From assembly GCF_009914755.1 (NCBI RefSeq), contig NC_060946.1: DNA of 64,000 nt, one strand, 5' to 3'. The position numbers and the translations under genes were made by a program. This stretch comes from the human T2T-CHM13v2.0 reference genome, Homo sapiens. Numbering within the stretch: position 1 is the first letter of the stretch; each line of letters opens with the position of its first letter. Under the pieces are notes generated by a model. That model was not told where the DNA came from, searched no databases, and worked only from the letters and a program-made list of their open reading frames with translations. Shown here piece after piece: positions 49,321 through 64,000 of this stretch.

Positions 49321-49496
49321 GGAGCTTATAGCTTCATTGCACTGTGTGTGGCATTTGGGTCCTGTTTGGCAGCAATGACTGCCTTTCTGTTTAGTGTCTG
49401 TGTGCTATGAAGATTGCACACAGGAGTCCAGATGCATCCTGTTTTGAGAATGTTAATGGATACACCAGCTGCTGCTTTGGATTTCACCCATTGGCG
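49321..49496 (+). pseudogene. ASNSP: Unprocessed asparagine synthetase pseudogene fragment (truncated first coding exon)
   Basis: Acceptor ttttctctccatag; from 49344: [50 protein letters not shown] versus [58 protein letters not shown]>GTG, and TAG at 49392-49394. Confidence 0.93.
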
Positions 49497-50229
49497 CTTT
49501 CTATAAAAACTTTAGACACAGTGAGCCACTCTTCTCAGGGAATGGTGGAAACCCTCCTAATTCCAATTTCCTAAACACCACCCAAGGGCCAGCCTTGCAT
49601 GCAGGCCTTTCTAAGGATGGCAGTCTCTTGCCTGTTACATGAAATCTTTTCTGCACACTTTGTATAGCCCCACCTTAATTTTTGGTGTTGTTTTAAAATT
49701 TCATTTTAATAACATAATATTATAAGATAAGGTAACTTGGTACTAATTTCTGTTGTATGATCCATCTTAAGTTGCAGCGCTGGTTACTTTTTTGACTTTC
49801 GATGACGAACAGCTATTTGTACATAAGTTACCATAGCAATGTTAGGTAATTATAATCTGTCCTATTTATCTCATTTACCTTTCAGTAAAATTGTTAAATA
49901 AGCAAAATAATTTGAGTTAAAATTAGAATAAAAATTGTCTTTTATTTGGATTACATGAATAATCTAGTTTTCATATTGTGCTAAAGCCCTGCTTAGAATT
50001 ATGAAATAAGATAAAATATTCAATCATTTTTATCAATATTTTCTTACCTAAGCATGCAATTAAATTTATTTATTTTATATATTTTATATACTTCAATTTG
50101 AGAAATAATGACCACATGTTGTTACTTTGGTCTTCAATGATCTCTAATTTTTAGGGTCACCGTGTCTTGCTTAAATATATCATAGTAACAGGTTCAGTGA
50201 CTATCTTTATTTTTAATTTTATTTACTTA

Positions 50230-53300
<3,071 letters not shown>

Positions 53301-53499
53301 TAAAATTTACATTTCTGAGTTAAGAATGCTTAAAATATTATAAAAACAGAAGCACAATTCATTATGGGTTTCATTAATTACCTTTATTAAAAACAACACA
53401 ATTATATTGCAATAGGACAAAAAATGTTTAAGCAAATGAAAACCATGACATACCCAAACTCAGGAGGAGGCAACAAAGGCAGTGCTAAAGGGAAGCTTA

Positions 53500-59760
<6,261 letters not shown>

Positions 59761-59789
59761 TAAAAATCTCATTTCTGGTAGACTAAAGG

Positions 59790-61925
59790 TGACAAATTCT
59801 TTCCTGCTCCTGTCTCTGTGAGAACCAATTCCCCTTAAACCTTGCCCAGACTACTGACTTGTTTGGCCAACAGAAGGTGACAAAGGTGGTATTTGGGGAC
59901 TTCAGAAGCCAGGCTGAGAAAACAGAACACTTATCCAGGAGAAAGCCAGTCACCAGGCAGGAAATCCCACTCCCCTGAGACCTCATGATAGAAACCACAT
60001 GGCCAGTCCATGACTAGCTACACGCATTGACATCCCCCACTGAGCCTCCAGCAACACCGACTCCCAACAACTAGTGAGCCTCCAGCAACATCCACTCCCA
60101 ACCACTAGTGGGCCACCCTGCACACCACCCCACTGTGCTTTCACACAATCCAGCTTGGCTGCAAATGTGTGTGAGATGAGCTGGCCACCAAGACTCTCTA
60201 AGCCAAACAACAAGTAATAATGAGTTGTTTTAAGCTGCCAACTTTTGGGGATGGTTTCTTCAGAATAGATAACTGGAACAGAATATGGCAGCTGGAAATG
60301 AGCTGCTGTGGTAATCAGAAGCTACAATATGTGCCACGACTGTGAGGCTGACCTGTAACTGGGCCTCAAGGAGACCATTCATGCAACCTGGAAGGGCATC
60401 AAGACTCTTGGTCAGGGCCTGAAGGACGGTGAGAAAATGTCATTGGAAACTGGAGAAAAGGCCTGAGAGTTACGTGTTGAGGGACTGTGGGAAAACTACG
60501 ACCACAACATGGAAACTGAAAGGGCACTGCATCATCTCAGGGATCTGCCTAAGGAGACATCTGGGAAGAACATGGAAAGTGCTACCAGCCTCCCCTAACT
60601 GTCACTGAATAAATATGACAGGAGAGGGACATGATCTAAAGAAGGAGGTTCAGTTTTCAAACAGAATTTAGAGAAAATATAAAGAAATAATTTCTTGTCT
60701 CAAAAGGCCAAAGTAAAAAAAAAAAAAAAAAAGAAAAGAAAAGGAAAAAAAAATGAAAAAGAAGCCATTGAATACCCTATTGACCATAAGAAAAAGGCAG
60801 GGAAAGTTGGTCAACAGCAACCCAGGCACTGAAGGAAAAAGAACATGGAGAATGACAAAAGCCCAGAGGGAGGAGTAAAAGGACACAAACACCATTCTCA
60901 GGGACGGGGACTGGGCGCCGTTCTCAGGGACCAGGACTGGGCACTAATCACAGAACTGTAACAGGCGCCCCATGGGAATGACCAACTGTTAAACGGGGCC
61001 TTCAGGGCAGCACCTCCCTCCTGCCTCCCACCAACAGCTTCTAAAGGGAAATGTCGACTGTTTTCACAGCAGTCCCCTCACTGTGGCTGGGTGTGTCGGG
61101 CGCAGATGACAGGCCACCACAACCTGATTCAGTCCCCACTGTGGCTGTGTGTGGGGGGTCAGATGACAGGCTACCACAACCTGATTCAGTCCCCACTGTG
61201 GCTGTGTGTCGGGGGTCAAATGACAGGCCACCACAACCTGATTCAGTCCTCACTGTGTCTGTGTGTTGGGTGCAGATGACAGGCCACCACAACCTGATTC
61301 AGGATTCAGTTGGGCTACCAGCCAGTGCCATAAGGAAAACCATTCTGGGGCTCTTGAGAGGGGCAAAGCATAATTTCCATGTGGGAGAAACGTTAATAGT
61401 TTGTGGCCAGAGGACAAGCTGTGGTTTATGAAAGACTGCTGCAGGTTCCTACTATGCTTCTCATCAAGAGGTGGAATCTAATCACCTTCCCACCTTGAAT
61501 CATGGCTGATCTCAGTGATGAGTACGACTGGACAGTGTGGCAGGAGAGATGCTCTGGGACTTCTGAGGGATGATCATGAGAGACCTTACAGCTTCTGCCT
61601 GGGCCTCTTGGACACACACCCTGGGAGAAGCCAGACAAACCTGACTACCTTACTGCCAGACTGGGAGGAAGTCCGTGCTGGCCACAAAGAGAGGGCTGGG
61701 TGCCTGCTCCATGTCCCCAGCCACTAGAGTCCTTCTGGGTGCCTGCTTCACGTCCCCAGCCACTAGAGTCCTTACAGATGAGACCAGGGAGATCATGAAG
61801 CAACAAACCCACACCACCCTGTCCAGTGTCTTGACCAAGAAAATTGTGACATGTAAAAAGAATAAATTCCTGGTTTAAGCCAGTAAGTTTACTGGTACAT
61901 TGTTACATCTCAGATAATTAAAACC
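59790..61925 (+). mobile_element. MLT1 MaLR remnant: LTR (~59790-60280), internal sequence, second LTR (~61420-61925)
   Basis: Both LTRs end in tttaagc...gataa-type termini; the first is followed by gaatatggcagctggaaatg internal-like sequence. Confidence 0.6.
61071..61302. repeat. 57-bp VNTR, 4 copies
   Basis: atgacaggc.accacaacctgattcag recurs at spacings 57, 57, 56. Confidence 0.92.
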
Positions 61926-62648
61926 TTGAAAAACTCATGAGAGATCACAAGTAGAACCTTGATCTGAAACATGGCATGTGGCGATTTATATTGAGTATTA
62001 GGTTAAAAATGCAAGAAAGGAGCATAGTTAATATTTTACGTTAAAGCTAAAACTATAATTGCCTACTTAACATTTTCAGTAATTAGGTTGTCACTTTTTG
62101 TTCTTAACCAAGAAATCAATTAGTTTTAGTCCATAAACAGTTAGAACTGATATACACATCCGTTTTTCCTTACTCATTTTAAACAGCTATCTGAAATAGG
62201 AAGCGTAATATAATCTTTAAAGAATCTGAAAACATGACAGAAATGTTTAAACTATAAAAACATATTGTATATGTTAGCATATTGTATACATTGCATATTA
62301 ACATAAGCTAGAATCATTGACATAAATTTATATAGACAAAAGGTAGAAAATATGACAATGTTCTTCTTGTTTTTTGTCTTTGCATATTTCTTTATTGGCG
62401 CTTGTCAAACGTGACCCACTAACTCCTGAATGCTTTCTCTCTCCCCATGGATTCCTAAGGATGTCACCACAGTTTTGGCCAGATGTACAGGTCACAGGGG
62501 ACTGAATCTCATCACCCCACAAACATACCATTCAGGTTTTGCCAAGAATGACACTGTAAATATAACAAAGCTTTCGTGCTTGTTAGTGAACACCAACTCA
62601 GCTCCTCTCCTGTATTCAGAAATCAGGATGAGATGAAAACAACGAGCA

Positions 62649-62950
<302 letters not shown>

Positions 62951-63353
62951 AAAAGAACAAGGAAACAAAAGTAACAAAGCTTGACACCAGATGAGCCTGA
63001 ATCTAACCAAGAAAAGCCCAGAAGAAATCCCATTTTGGGTCACTGGCTGCATGGTAGTAATACCATATACATAAGGGAAGAGAGGAGGATGTGGCTTTCA
63101 CTTTGAAATTTTTGAGCTTAAGGTAACTTTTGTGTAGCTACAAAGAAGCATTCAACAGAGAGTTAAACTTATGATGGAAAGACTGAAGGGGTCCAAGCTG
63201 TAGAGAAACAGGACTGCAAACCACAAAGGGCTGAATCAGTCAAGGAGAACTGCAGGGCGGGATGAACAGGGACCAACGGAACATTTGGATAAGCTGTTGA
63301 GAAGAAAGGAGAATTCAGAGAAAAAGAACTGTCAGTGAGGTCATAATAGGAAC

Positions 63354-64000
63354 TGTTACAGTGAACTAAATATGGCCTGGGAAGGACTCTGTACTTCTAG
63401 ATTTGAGTCCCTGTGGACAAACTGCAACCTCACTTAATAGGTAGAAAGACTGAAAACCTAACTTAGGAGTATGCGCCTGTAACTATAGCTGAGTCCTGAC
63501 CAATCCCAACAGCCAAACTTCTGCCACTCACACACTGCTGAGTGTTCAGCTGTGTTCAAATAAGGCAAATGCTGAGCACTGTAACCAGTCCAGTTGTTTC
63601 TGGACCTCACTGCTGAGAACTGTAACAGGCTCAGGTGCTTCTGGACCTCACTCCTCACTTCAGACTTCTGTACATCACGTTCCCTTTATTGTCTATAAAT
63701 CTTCCACCATGTAGCTGTGCTGGAGTCTCACCGAATCTGCTGTGATTCTGGGGGCTGCCTGATTCGTGAATCATTCATTGCTCAATTAAGTTCCTTTAAA
63801 TTTAATTCAGCTGAAGATTTTCTTTTAATAGATGGTATCAGAAGTGGGATCTGTGGTAGCAGGACTGCTAGGGCCTCCGGAGTTATAGTGTGGTGAGCAG
63901 TGTTGCTAGGGCTTCTAATGACCCCCAGGAGTGCTGAGGTACAAGAAAGGCACCTGCAAGGACTGCTCTGTGATGGCAGCAGTGGCCCACGTGGAGAAGT
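63354..64000 (+). mobile_element. ERV1 provirus 5' end: MER57-like LTR (63354-63830), tRNA-Leu PBS, start of internal region
   Basis: tgttacagtgaactaaatatggcctg...ttttcttttaata, then tggtatcagaagtgggat (63833-63850), one mismatch from the tRNA-Leu(CAA) PBS. Confidence 0.8.

Overview
Primate (human-like) repeat-rich genomic DNA with the make-up of an acrocentric short arm or a pericentromeric segmental-duplication mosaic; the location is inferred, not seen. No prokaryotic features. Left to right: (1) a ~7.9-kb imperfect palindrome (arms 159-3517 and 4677-8034) built from a 147-bp ACRO1-type satellite unit. The left arm is one uninterrupted 993-codon Ser/Pro-rich ORF; the right arm is the same ORF with 2 nonsense and 3 frameshift lesions. 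The spacer holds a DUX4-type motif and a GC-box/TATA/Inr promoter. The 147-bp monomer reads as exactly seven degenerate RNA polymerase II CTD heptads (YSPTSPS-like) in register, which is the most striking observation in the window. (2) A ~200-bp GC-rich gamma-type satellite, then TAR1 and a degenerate (TTAGGG)n tract: a fossil chromosome end joined to an L1. (3) A GC-rich REP522-like block, old L1s, two orphan copies of the first coding exon of GTF2I/GTF2IRD2, and a dense Alu/LTR field. (4) A SATR-type ~73-bp satellite with an internal palindrome and three orientation flips, carrying a rearranged three-piece NUMT and an AluY. (5) An unprocessed ASNS pseudogene fragment, then L1/Alu/MaLR/MER57 elements. 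Repeat family names come from recalled consensus sequences and need RepeatMasker/Dfam confirmation; most element boundaries are approximate.
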